64,000 bases of DNA, from contig CBDFIJ010000004.1 of the NCBI GenBank assembly GCA_965248055.1, positions 224,001-288,000 on the forward strand, written 5' to 3'. Below are positions 9,684 to 18,883 of this stretch, piece by piece. The notes under the pieces are model-generated. The model worked only from the letters and a program-made list of their open reading frames with translations, was not told the origin of the DNA and ran no database searches. The position numbers and the translations under genes were made by a program. The DNA comes from Candidatus Multivoradales bacterium (GTDB taxonomy: Bacteria > Acidobacteriota > Thermoanaerobaculia > Multivoradales > JAHEKO01). Each line of letters opens with the position of its first letter. Position 1 is the first letter of the stretch.

Positions 9684-11075
9684 TTATCCCTGAATTTTCT
9701 GATTGAGTTCTCGGACTCTCTGATTGAGGCGATCGACCACGTTTTGCGTCTCGGCGCGCTCGCGCTCGTGCGACTCCCGCAGCCGCGCCAGTTCGACCTG
9801 ATTGCGATCCTTGAACTCGCGCAAGCTCTTCAATTCCTCACGGGTCTCCTCAATCTGGCTTTCCTGTGAGGTGATCCGTGCATCCTTTTCGTTCATCTGC
9901 TCGCGCAGTCGAACCTTTTCTTGCTCAAAGAGCTGCTTGGCTTCCTGAGCTTCGACCAAGATTGAAAAATCAGCAGGCGACGGAGCCATGTCGTCTCTCC
10001 CTTCAAATTGAGGAATCAATTTGCGCAGTTTTAGGGTCAGGTCATCCCGGTCCGGCGACTGGGCATGGGCCTCTTGGTAATCGACAAAGCCGTTGGCGAT
10101 CAACGCGATCAACGACTGGTTGAGCGTCTGCATCCGGTAGTACGACACCGACGACTCGATCTCTTCGGGGATCTCTTTTACCCGCCCCTCATGAATCAGC
10201 TTGGCGATCTGAGGACTGCGGCGCATGATTTCTACCGCCGCGATCCGCCCTTCACCGTTGCTGCGGCGCACCAAGCGCATGCTGATCACCGCACTGAGAA
10301 CCAGCGATAACTGGGCGCGAATTTGACTCTGTTGGCGACTGGGGAAAGTGTCAATGATGCGGTCGATGGTTTCCGCTGCGCTGTTGGTATGCACCGTGGA
10401 AAAAACCAAATGCCCGGTCTCAGCCGCCGAAATCACCGTTTCCATGGTCTCCAAGTCACGCATTTCGCCAACCATCAGCACGTCGGGATCCTGCCGTAGC
10501 GAGTTGCGCAGTGCCTCGCGAAAGGTCGGGGTGTCGATTCCCAATTCACGCTGCGCACAACTGCCGACGTCGTCCTTGAGCAAGAACTCCAAAGGATCCT
10601 CGATGGTGATCACATGGTCCGCTCGCTGCTGCAAGATTCTCTGCAACAGGGCAGCCAGCGTCGTCGATTTGCCACAACCAGTAGGACCGGTAATCAAGAT
10701 CAGCCCCATCGGCAGGTCAGTCAAGCCGAGCAGACTGTCGGGAAGGTCGAGGCCTTCCACCGTCGGCACCTCAAACGGTATCTGGCGCATCGCGATTGCC
10801 AAAGTGCCCCGCTGCTGGAAGATACTGCCGCGAAATCGCGCCAGGTTTTCCAGGCCATACCCCAAGTCCACCGCTCGGTTTTCCTCCAACTTTTCGCGCT
10901 CGCGCGGCGACAGCAGATCATCGACCACGCCTTCCAACCACTGCGAGGTCACCGCCTCACCGTCGAGCGCTTGCAGGCTGCCGTCCACCCGCACCAAAGC
11001 CGGGCGCCCAGCCTTCAGATGAAGGTCTGAAGCCCCCATCTCGACGGTAGTCTGCAGTAACTGTTGGAGTTCCAA
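9684..11075 (-). CDS. pilT: PilT/PilU-family ATPase with ~100-aa C-terminal coiled-coil extension
   Basis: ASDLHL, GPTGCGKSTT, TIEDPLE, LRQDPDVLMVGEMRD and ETGHLVFSTVHT motifs. Confidence 0.9.
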   Translation of the reverse strand: MELQQLLQTTVEMGASDLHLKAGRPALVRVDGSLQALDGEAVTSQWLEGVVDDLLSPREREKLEENRAVDLGYGLENLARFRGSIFQQRGTLAIAMRQIPFEVPTVEGLDLPDSLLGLTDLPMGLILITGPTGCGKSTTLAALLQRILQQRADHVITIEDPLEFLLKDDVGSCAQRELGIDTPTFREALRNSLRQDPDVLMVGEMRDLETMETVISAAETGHLVFSTVHTNSAAETIDRIIDTFPSRQQSQIRAQLSLVLSAVISMRLVRRSNGEGRIAAVEIMRRSPQIAKLIHEGRVKEIPEEIESSVSYYRMQTLNQSLIALIANGFVDYQEAHAQSPDRDDLTLKLRKLIPQFEGRDDMAPSPADFSILVEAQEAKQLFEQEKVRLREQMNEKDARITSQESQIEETREELKSLREFKDRNQVELARLRESHERERAETQNVVDRLNQRVRELNQKIQG

Positions 11076-11152
11076 GTGTTATCCCCTGAAGCTTAGATCG
11101 AAATGTTGCCCGTCAGCTTAGTAACTTCACCTTCACCGACGCTCGGACGGGG

Positions 11153-11761
11153 TCAGTTGTCAGCGTAGTGACGCATCAATCCGACCACAACCCCCTGCAC
11201 ATGCAGCTGATCCAAGCTAACGCGAATCGGCTGAAAGGCAGTGTTCGCCGGCACTAACACCGCTTCATCACCCTGCACCTGGAGATGCTTCAGCGTCACT
11301 TCACTGTCGACCCTGGCCACCACCAAATCTCCACTCTTGGCCTGCTTACCACCGTCCACCACCACCACGTCACCGGGCAGAATTCCCGCATCGAGCATCG
11401 ATTCGCCTTCTACCTGTAGCGCGAAATTACTGGCCACCGTGGTACACAGAGAAGCAGGCACCGCCACTCGCTCCTGCACCGGAAACGCCTCGACCAGCCC
11501 TCCGGCAGCCACCCTGCCCAACATCGGTACCGATCCTAGGTCGGTGGTGATCGATTCCACCCGCGTCCCCCGGCTCTTATGTCGCTCTCGACTGAGATAC
11601 CCCTGATGGCGAAGCGCCTTCAAGTGCTTGTGTACCGTGCCATAGGACGAATAGCCAAACGCCTCAGCGATTTCCCTATGCGTCGGCGAATAGCCCTCGG
11701 TCAAGGCATAGCCTTGAATAAAGTCGAGAATATCCCGCTGCTTGGGTGTCAATTGGGGCAC
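11153..11761 (-). CDS. lexA: SOS repressor LexA
   Basis: LTPKQ…PTHREIA winged HTH, VAAG cleavage site, GESM serine and TLK lysine. Confidence 0.95.
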   Translation of the reverse strand: MPQLTPKQRDILDFIQGYALTEGYSPTHREIAEAFGYSSYGTVHKHLKALRHQGYLSRERHKSRGTRVESITTDLGSVPMLGRVAAGGLVEAFPVQERVAVPASLCTTVASNFALQVEGESMLDAGILPGDVVVVDGGKQAKSGDLVVARVDSEVTLKHLQVQGDEAVLVPANTAFQPIRVSLDQLHVQGVVVGLMRHYADN

Positions 11762-11766
11762 CGCTT

Positions 11767-11795
11767 ATGCTGGCGTGATCAGGTTGAAAGGTCAA
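11767..11795 (-). promoter_or_regulatory. Putative sigma70 promoter of lexA (TTGACC-17-CAGCAT), probably leaderless
   Basis: Good -35 with 17-bp spacer and a weak -10, 5 nt before the GTG start. No SD. Confidence 0.4.
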
Positions 11796-11836
11796 GCGAT
11801 GGTGTACCGCAGGACTAGCCGCAGTCATGCAGGCAA

Positions 11837-12011
11837 GGGGACACAATACCCCCACACCGAAAGGTCGAAGCGGAGTCCAAGGCTGATGATCTACCATGCA
11901 CAGGAGTGTCTACACAATGAGGTTTGTGTCCCCATCACAAGGTCAACGCGGAGTCCAAAGTTGATGGTCTACAAAGCGCCGCAGCGTCTCCATAACAAGG
12001 TTTGTGTCCCC
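11837..12011. repeat. GGGGACACAA…TTGTGTCCCC inverted-repeat element containing a diverged 78-bp tandem duplication
   Basis: GGGGACACAA at 11837, TTGTGTCCCC at 11924 and 12002. Repeat units start at 11861 and 11939. Confidence 0.8.
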
Positions 12012-12099
12012 ATTTCCAGCAGGACTAACCGCTGGCGGCCAAGCACTTGCCGCAACGCTGGATGGCGGCGAGAGTCGCAAGGATCGTGTTAGCTCCCAC

Positions 12100-12822
12100 C
12101 TAGCCCGAGGGCCACGGACCTTTGCTACGCATCGACCACCAGCGACCGGAGGCCCCCAAAATCAAGTGATCGATCAAGTGTACGCCGAGTGGCTCTCCCG
12201 CTTCCAACATCCGACTGGTAAAGGCCACGTCTTCGGTACTGGGTCGAGGATCTCCGCTGGGATGGGTGTGGAATAGAATGCAGTTCCCCGCTCCGTTGAG
12301 CAGCGCCTGGCGCAAGATGGGCCGTGGCTCGACCGCCGCTCGTGTCAGCGTGCCTCGAAACAAACACTCGGTGCCCAACAATCGATGGCGACTATCTAAA
12401 TAGACCACACCCATGGTCTCCTGATCTCGGTCCAGGAAGGACATGCGCAGATAGTCGGCAACCGCTTCTGGATCGGCAAGAGGGGTACGTTCGGGAAGTC
12501 TCATTGCCGCCCAACGCCTTCCCAACTCAAGTGCCGCCATCAACGTCGCTTGTTTGGCATCCCCCAGCCCGGAGCGTTTCCAGGAAACTCGCGAAGTTGC
12601 AGCCAATCCGCCAATGCCACCGACGTCGCTCAGCAGCTCGCGGGCCAAATTCATCGCCGACTTACCGCGCGTCCCGGTGCGCAGCAGTACCGCAACCAAC
12701 TCAGCGTCTGAGATTCCCTGCGCACCCCCGTTCAGTAATCGTTCACGAGGTCTCTCGTCGATCGGCAGGTCTCGTACCAGGAGCTGGGGGGTGGGTTGGC
12801 TGTGATAAGAACCGGCAGTCAT
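12100..12822 (-). CDS. radC: RadC / JAB-domain protein
   Basis: ERPRERL…ELVAVLLRTG N-terminus and HTHPSGDPRPSTED…LIDH JAB motif. Confidence 0.92.
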   Translation of the reverse strand: MTAGSYHSQPTPQLLVRDLPIDERPRERLLNGGAQGISDAELVAVLLRTGTRGKSAMNLARELLSDVGGIGGLAATSRVSWKRSGLGDAKQATLMAALELGRRWAAMRLPERTPLADPEAVADYLRMSFLDRDQETMGVVYLDSRHRLLGTECLFRGTLTRAAVEPRPILRQALLNGAGNCILFHTHPSGDPRPSTEDVAFTSRMLEAGEPLGVHLIDHLILGASGRWWSMRSKGPWPSG

Positions 12823-14263
12823 GCTGGAAGAGACGCAGCCAGAGTCGAATCCCCTGCAGTCAAATCCACAGGTTGAGACCAAGAAACAGCGCAGCTGGCT
12901 GCGGACCGCTCTAACCAGCTCGCAAGAAGACTTCACCAGAGGCAATCTCAACCGTGCGGTATTCCTGCTGGCGATTCCGATGATGGTGGAAATGGCTGGG
13001 GAATCACTGTTTGCCGTGGTTGACGCCTACTTTGTCACCCGCCTCGGGGCCTCTGCGCTCTCGACCGTCGGGCTTACCGAATCTCTGCTCTACATCATCT
13101 ACTCGATCGCGGTTGGACTGGCGATGGCGACTACCGCTTTGGTCGCCCGCCGGATCGGCGCGGGGGAATCGCGGCGGGCCTCTCGGGCCGCAGCACAAAG
13201 TATCGGCGTCGGAGTAGCGCTGGCGGGGATTCTTGGGGTGGTCGGCATCATCGCCGCACCACAACTCTTGAATCTGTTGGGCGCCAGCGAGCAGATCGTC
13301 AACGTGGGATCCGGCTACACCCGCATCATGCTCGGCGGCATGGTGACGGTGATGCTCTTGTTCTTGATCAACGCGGCCTTTCGCGGAGCGGGCGATGCCA
13401 CCATCGCCATGAAGGCACTGTGGATCGCCAATATCGCCAACATCATCCTCGATCCCTGTCTAATTTTCGGTTGGGGGCCGTTCCCCGAACTGGGATTAAC
13501 CGGGGCAGCGATCGCCACCACTACCGGCCGAGGTCTCGGCGTCGCCTATCAACTGACGAAGTTGCTGGGCAAGAGCGGCCGCCTGCGCCCACTGCTGGCC
13601 GACTTTCTACCGCGTTGGAACGTGGTCGGCAAGCTGCTACGGGTCGCCTCCGGCGGAATCAGCCAAAACCTGATCGCGACCTCCAGTTGGATCTTCCTGA
13701 TTCGCATCATGACCCGCTCCGGCGAAGACGCACTTGGCGGTTACGTGCTGGCGATTCGTATCGTCATCTTTGCTTTGCTGCCCGCTTGGGGCTTGGCCAA
13801 CGCCGCCGCGACCCTGGTCGGGCAAAACCTCGGTGCCAAGCAACCTCAGCGAGCCGAGCGTTCTGTGTGGCGTGCAGGAACCTTCAACATGATCTTTCTG
13901 GGTCTGGTGAGCTTGGTGTTCTTCCTGCGACCGGAATGGGTGGTCGGCATCTTTGATCCACCCCAAGCTGTGGCAACTTATGCCGCTCATTGCCTGCGGG
14001 TGCTGGCATACGGTTATGTGTTCTACGCCTGGGAGATGGTGCTGGTGCAGGCCTTCAATGGCGCCGGCGATACCGCCACCCCAACCTGGATCAATCTGGG
14101 CTGTTTCTGGTGCTTCCAGATTCCCTTGGCCTATTACCTGGCGGTGGTCAGCGATTGGGGTCCGACAGGCGTGTTCTGGGCAATTACCGTCTCCTACGCA
14201 CTCTCGACGCTGGTCGCGATGACCCTGTTCCAGCGCGGCAGCTGGAAGACCAAGGTTATTTAA
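12821..14263 (+). CDS. MATE-family efflux transporter
   Basis: About 12 TM helices, with FRGAGDA, NIILDP and FNGAGDT MATE motifs. Confidence 0.92.
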   Translation: MLEETQPESNPLQSNPQVETKKQRSWLRTALTSSQEDFTRGNLNRAVFLLAIPMMVEMAGESLFAVVDAYFVTRLGASALSTVGLTESLLYIIYSIAVGLAMATTALVARRIGAGESRRASRAAAQSIGVGVALAGILGVVGIIAAPQLLNLLGASEQIVNVGSGYTRIMLGGMVTVMLLFLINAAFRGAGDATIAMKALWIANIANIILDPCLIFGWGPFPELGLTGAAIATTTGRGLGVAYQLTKLLGKSGRLRPLLADFLPRWNVVGKLLRVASGGISQNLIATSSWIFLIRIMTRSGEDALGGYVLAIRIVIFALLPAWGLANAAATLVGQNLGAKQPQRAERSVWRAGTFNMIFLGLVSLVFFLRPEWVVGIFDPPQAVATYAAHCLRVLAYGYVFYAWEMVLVQAFNGAGDTATPTWINLGCFWCFQIPLAYYLAVVSDWGPTGVFWAITVSYALSTLVAMTLFQRGSWKTKVI

Positions 14264-14273
14264 GGCGTGTCGC

Positions 14274-17200
14274 CTAGGGGTTCCAGGTGGGAATCCGACC
14301 CGGCGTCCACGGTGCACCAGCCGCCTCCATCCCGGACTCAAGCTGCGGCAGATCGTCGACTGCCAATGCACGAATCTCAGCCAGCACTGCCGGAAATGCT
14401 TGGGCGACAATCTCGTAGCCACGTCGTTGGGTGGTGGTGGGCGCAGAGCTAGTGGTCCACAGCCCCGACACCACATGTTCCAACCGCGCCTGGATCGAGG
14501 GGGGGGTTGGCTCGTAGCGCGCAGAGACGCTGGAGTCCCCAGTCAAGCTGACCTTGAGCTGATCAATACGGCTCTCGATTTGTTCGATTTGCTCCAACCA
14601 TGGGGCAGAGGCTTCAGGGATGAACAATGCCGCCTGGCGCAGATGCGCAATTCGCGAATCCAACTCCTCGACGACTTTCCCCGAACCTTGTACCGCGCGC
14701 TGCAAAGCAGCGACTTGGCGCTGAAACGCGGTCACTTCTTGGACATCCTTGGCAGCCAAAGTGGCAGTACCAATCGACACAATTTCAAACGATTGCGCCT
14801 GTGCCAACTCACTCCAGGATCCGTTCTGCCATTTGGCCAGCGACACCGAGTAGCTGCCGGGGGCTGCCAGTGGTCCGATCGGTGGACCAGAAAAGAAATT
14901 ACTCACCGGTGGCGTCAAATTGATTGGATCGCTTGGTGCGTAGCGCAAATCCCAAGCCACTCGATGCAGTCCAGCTTCAACCGGCGCGCTTAGTTGGCGC
15001 ACGATCTGCCCTTCGACATCGCGCACTGTCAAGACCACTTGAGGATCGGCCTCGCGATCCTCTGCGCGCAACTGCTGCCAATCCGGGTAGCCGCCGTCCG
15101 CCGCCTCAGCTTCCTCTTCGATGCGACGACGAGTCTGCTGCAAGCTCTCGACTGTTTCACCTAGGTGATAGCTCAGCATCGCACCGTTGGGCGGATTGTC
15201 CGCAGAATAGAAATTGTCGCCTTGGAACGCCTTCTGGCGATAGCCCAACTCGTAGGTCGTGCGATACATCCAGGAACTTCGCGGCTGGAACAACTGCGCA
15301 GGCTCCTCAATAGAGCTGGCAGTGATCGCCCTCAGCGGCGAGTAGTCGTCAAGCACATAAATCCCACGGCCAAAAGTGCCGACCACCAGATCACTCTCTC
15401 GACGCTGAATTTCTAGGTCACGCACCGCGACCACCGGCAGGCCACCTTTGAGCTGAAGCCACTCACCGCCACCATTCAGGCTGGTCCAAAGTCCGAACTC
15501 GGTGCCAGCGAACAGCAGGTTTGGCTGTTGGTGATCTTCAACAATCGCCAGCGCCTCGCCGCGCTCTGGCAGGTTGCCGCTAATCATCGTCCAGCTGCGA
15601 CCCCGGTCAATCGATTTCAACAAGTAAGGATGAAAGTCACCGCTCTTGTGGTTTTCGATCGCCGCATAGACGGTATCTGGATCATGCAGCGACGCTTCCA
15701 GATCGGCGACGTACGCCTTCTCAGGGACTCCGCTAATCTTCTCAACTGGAACCCAAGTGTCGCCTCCATCTTCGGTGATCTGAATCAAACCATCGTCGGT
15801 CCCGGCGTAGATCAATCCCTCCACCAGCGGCGACTCTGAGAGCGAAACCACGGTGCCAAAAAACGACGTCGAACGGTTCTTGGCCACCGTGTCGACTCCC
15901 CAGACCTTGCCCATCACCGCCAGTTTGTTGCGGTCCAGATTGCGGGTCAGGTCATCACTGATTGGCTGCCAAGTGTTGCCTCGATCGTTGCTACGGTAGA
16001 TTCTCTGACTGGCGTAATACAACCGCTGTCCAGAGTGCGGACTGATCAACAACGCAGAGTCCCAGTTCCAGCGCGGGGGAGCCTCGTCTGCCTCGGGTTG
16101 CGGCTTAATATCGGTCAATTCGCCGCTCGCTCGGTCGTAACGCACTAGGCCGCCGTACTGCCACTGGGAGTACACGATGTCCGGGTTATCCGGATCTACC
16201 GCTGGGTCGAAACCGTCGCCACCCACAGTGACGTACCAGTCGCGGTTACTGATGCCGTGTTCTGAGGTCGTGCGTGATGGACCGCCCAGGGTGGAGTTGT
16301 CCTGGGTGCCGCCGTAGACGTTGTAGAAAGGCAAGTCGTTGTCTACCGCGATTTTGTAGAACTGAGTAATCGGTAGGCTCGCCATGAACTCCCAAGACGC
16401 GCCACGATCCCAGGTTTCATAGACCCCACCGTCGCAGCCCGACACCAGATGATCCAAGTTGTCAGGATCGATCCACAAGGCATGGTTGTCAACGTGCTTG
16501 GTCTTTTCGGGTACCTTAGCAAAGGTAGCGCCGCCATCCTCTGTGACATGCAGCCAAGTATCCATCGAATATACCCGTTCTCGATTCTGCGGATCAGGAA
16601 CCAGTTCGTTGTAGTACTGCGGGCTACCGCTTACGTAGTCGCTGCGTTTCTCCCAATTCAGCCCCGAGTCGGTGGAACGAAAAACACCGCCCTCTTCATC
16701 GATCGACTCGATGATCGCGTACATATAATTTGGATCGGCGGGGGACACCGCGAGGCCGATCTTGCCCAGCTCAGCGGTCGGCAAACCGGCTTCGATCTTG
16801 CTCCAAGTGGCGCCCGCATCCGCAGAGCGATAAATCGCCGATTCTGGACCGCCGTCAATCAACGTCCAGGTGTGACGACGGCGCTGGTAGCTGGATGCAA
16901 TCAGTACATCCGGGTTATCGGGCTGGATCCAGACCTCGTTGACCCCGGTGTGCTCGGAAATTTCCAATACTTTCTCCCAGTTTTCTCCCCCATCCACCGT
17001 TTTGTACAGGCCTCGATCCCCACCGGCCCTCCACAACGGCCCCTGAGCGGCTACATAGACCACTTGGGAGTTGCGCCGATCCACCACAATCCGGCCAATG
17101 TGTTCCGATTCTGGTAGGCCCATGTGCTTCCAGGTCTGTCCACCGTCCATCGACTTATAGACGCCATCGCCATAGCCAACGCTACGCTGCGAGTTATTTT

Positions 17201-17588
17201 CACCAGTGCCCAACCACAACACCTGCGGGTTGTTGGGGTCCATGGTGATGCAACCGATCGAGTACGAACCGGCACTATCGGTGAATGGGCCGTCGAAAAT
17301 CGGTAGCCAAGTGGTGCCGGCGTTTTCGGTCTTCCAGACGCCACCGGATGCCGCACTGACGATCCACTCATGTTTGCGCTCGGGATGCACCACAAGGTCG
17401 CTGATGCGTCCGGAGGCGATCGCTGGACCGAGAGCGCGCAAGGACAATCCAGCCAGTAGATCGGCATTGAGCTTCGGTTGTTCCTCAGCCGCACTTTCTT
17501 GCGCTCCGGCGCGGGCCCCAACATCGGCAAAACCGTTGACCAACAACGCACCTGCGAGCCATGAAGTTAAGAAAATTCTGTTCGCCAT
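14274..17588 (-). CDS. Secreted VPS10/sortilin-like BNR-repeat beta-propeller protein (putative glycosyl hydrolase)
   Basis: Signal peptide, many SxDGGxTW Asp-box repeats, and GPAIASGRISD start of the propeller. Confidence 0.85.
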   Translation of the reverse strand: MANRIFLTSWLAGALLVNGFADVGARAGAQESAAEEQPKLNADLLAGLSLRALGPAIASGRISDLVVHPERKHEWIVSAASGGVWKTENAGTTWLPIFDGPFTDSAGSYSIGCITMDPNNPQVLWLGTGENNSQRSVGYGDGVYKSMDGGQTWKHMGLPESEHIGRIVVDRRNSQVVYVAAQGPLWRAGGDRGLYKTVDGGENWEKVLEISEHTGVNEVWIQPDNPDVLIASSYQRRRHTWTLIDGGPESAIYRSADAGATWSKIEAGLPTAELGKIGLAVSPADPNYMYAIIESIDEEGGVFRSTDSGLNWEKRSDYVSGSPQYYNELVPDPQNRERVYSMDTWLHVTEDGGATFAKVPEKTKHVDNHALWIDPDNLDHLVSGCDGGVYETWDRGASWEFMASLPITQFYKIAVDNDLPFYNVYGGTQDNSTLGGPSRTTSEHGISNRDWYVTVGGDGFDPAVDPDNPDIVYSQWQYGGLVRYDRASGELTDIKPQPEADEAPPRWNWDSALLISPHSGQRLYYASQRIYRSNDRGNTWQPISDDLTRNLDRNKLAVMGKVWGVDTVAKNRSTSFFGTVVSLSESPLVEGLIYAGTDDGLIQITEDGGDTWVPVEKISGVPEKAYVADLEASLHDPDTVYAAIENHKSGDFHPYLLKSIDRGRSWTMISGNLPERGEALAIVEDHQQPNLLFAGTEFGLWTSLNGGGEWLQLKGGLPVVAVRDLEIQRRESDLVVGTFGRGIYVLDDYSPLRAITASSIEEPAQLFQPRSSWMYRTTYELGYRQKAFQGDNFYSADNPPNGAMLSYHLGETVESLQQTRRRIEEEAEAADGGYPDWQQLRAEDREADPQVVLTVRDVEGQIVRQLSAPVEAGLHRVAWDLRYAPSDPINLTPPVSNFFSGPPIGPLAAPGSYSVSLAKWQNGSWSELAQAQSFEIVSIGTATLAAKDVQEVTAFQRQVAALQRAVQGSGKVVEELDSRIAHLRQAALFIPEASAPWLEQIEQIESRIDQLKVSLTGDSSVSARYEPTPPSIQARLEHVVSGLWTTSSAPTTTQRRGYEIVAQAFPAVLAEIRALAVDDLPQLESGMEAAGAPWTPGRIPTWNP

Positions 17589-17650
17589 GCGCTATCTCCC
17601 AAAAATATTTCGAGGGCTTCATTCCTCGGCCACGGTCGCTTGTCGATGGT

Positions 17651-18835
17651 TTACAGCGACTCAACCAAGATTGCAATCCCCTGACCACCACCGATGCACG
17701 CTGAGGCAATCCCCACCCCTCCGCCGCGGCGCTTGAGCTCCTGCAACAGGGTGTAGGTGATGCGGGTGCCGGTTGCACCCAAAGGATGCCCCAGAGCGAT
17801 CGCACCACCGTTGACATTGAGCTTGTCGACATCCAAGTCCAGCTCGCGAATCACCGCCAGGATCTGGCCGGCAAACGCTTCGTTGATTTCGATCAAGTCA
17901 ACATCACCGAGATCCATCCCTGCATTGGCGAGCAACTTCCGAATCGCCGGTGCCGGACCGATGCCCATGCGCGATGGATCAACACCCACTACGCTCCAGC
18001 CCAAAATCCGACCCAGAAGCTGTGCCCCGTCTGCGGTTGCCCGTTCACCGCTAGTGAGAACCATCATCGCTGCCCCGTCAACGATTCCGGAAGCGTTACC
18101 CCCGGTGACAAATCCATCGTCGTCGAAAGCGGTCGCCAGTTTCGCCAACACCTCAATCGTGGTGTCCGGCCGCAGATGATCATCTCGGTCAACCGTCCGT
18201 GCCCGCTTGCCACGGCCGACCTCTATGGGCGTGACCTCTTCGGCCAGTCGACCACTTTCCCAAGCCGCCGCAGCGCGCTGCTGACTGATCACCGCAAAAG
18301 CATCCTGTTGCTCGCGCGTGATGTCGTAGTCGCGGGCCAAATTGTTCGAAGTCTGAGCCATGTAGCAGCCACAGTACGGGTCGTAGAGGGCGATCATCAG
18401 CAGGTCTTGCAGCTTGCCCTGGCCCAGTTTCAGCCCGGTGCGCGCACCCCAAATGCAATGAGGGGCTTGGCTCATGTTCTCCATCCCACCGACCAAACAA
18501 ACCTGCGCCTCGCCTCCCTGGATCAAGTGGGCTCCCGAGATAATCGATTGGATACCAGAACCACACAGCCGGTTGACGGTCAGAGCGGGAACTTCATTGG
18601 CGACCCCTGCCTTGAGCGCCACGTGACGCGCCCCGTAAATCGCGTCCGGCGAGGTCTGCAGAGCGTTGCCGACGATGGTGTGATCGATGGTCTCGGGTTC
18701 AAAGCCAGAGCGCTCCATCGCCGCCTTGGCCGCGTATGCACCCAAGTCGATCGCCGAGACCCCGGCGAAGTGGCCGTTGTACTCCGTCATTGCGGTTCGG
18801 GCGCCGTTGACTAATACCAAATCCTTGTTGTTCAT
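17651..18835 (-). CDS. Acetyl-CoA C-acyltransferase (thiolase)
   Basis: NRLCGSG, NEAFA, GHPLGATG and CIGGGQG motifs. Confidence 0.95.
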   Translation of the reverse strand: MNNKDLVLVNGARTAMTEYNGHFAGVSAIDLGAYAAKAAMERSGFEPETIDHTIVGNALQTSPDAIYGARHVALKAGVANEVPALTVNRLCGSGIQSIISGAHLIQGGEAQVCLVGGMENMSQAPHCIWGARTGLKLGQGKLQDLLMIALYDPYCGCYMAQTSNNLARDYDITREQQDAFAVISQQRAAAAWESGRLAEEVTPIEVGRGKRARTVDRDDHLRPDTTIEVLAKLATAFDDDGFVTGGNASGIVDGAAMMVLTSGERATADGAQLLGRILGWSVVGVDPSRMGIGPAPAIRKLLANAGMDLGDVDLIEINEAFAGQILAVIRELDLDVDKLNVNGGAIALGHPLGATGTRITYTLLQELKRRGGGVGIASACIGGGQGIAILVESL

Positions 18836-18883
18836 CGATAGATTTCCTTGTAGCAAGTAGTGCGCTTCTCTAAGTCTTGTATC

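Noticed and set aside
11762-11860. GGGGACACAA motif as the LexA box
   Set aside because: It lies at the 3' end of uvrC and before rnpB and rpsF, not before uvrB, and its spacing varies from 8 to ~77 bp. I also saw no GTTC-N7-GTTC box upstream of lexA.
11837-12011. Repeat region as a mini CRISPR array
   Set aside because: The inter-repeat segments are homologous to each other rather than unique spacers. The invariant part is short, one copy is inverted, and there are no cas genes.
11742-12092. 116-aa ORF as a confident gene
   Set aside because: It has no SD, overlaps the lexA start and promoter, and consists mostly of the repeat. Kept only as a hypothesis in the findings.
12100-12822. radC as a marker of a prophage or integrative element
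   Set aside because: It is the full-length chromosomal type, and no integrase or phage genes are nearby.
17786-18814. Long antisense ORFs (also 9126-9869, 58776-59663, 62712-63512 and similar)
   Set aside because: Shadow frames opposite well-conserved genes in GC-rich DNA, with no recognisable motifs.
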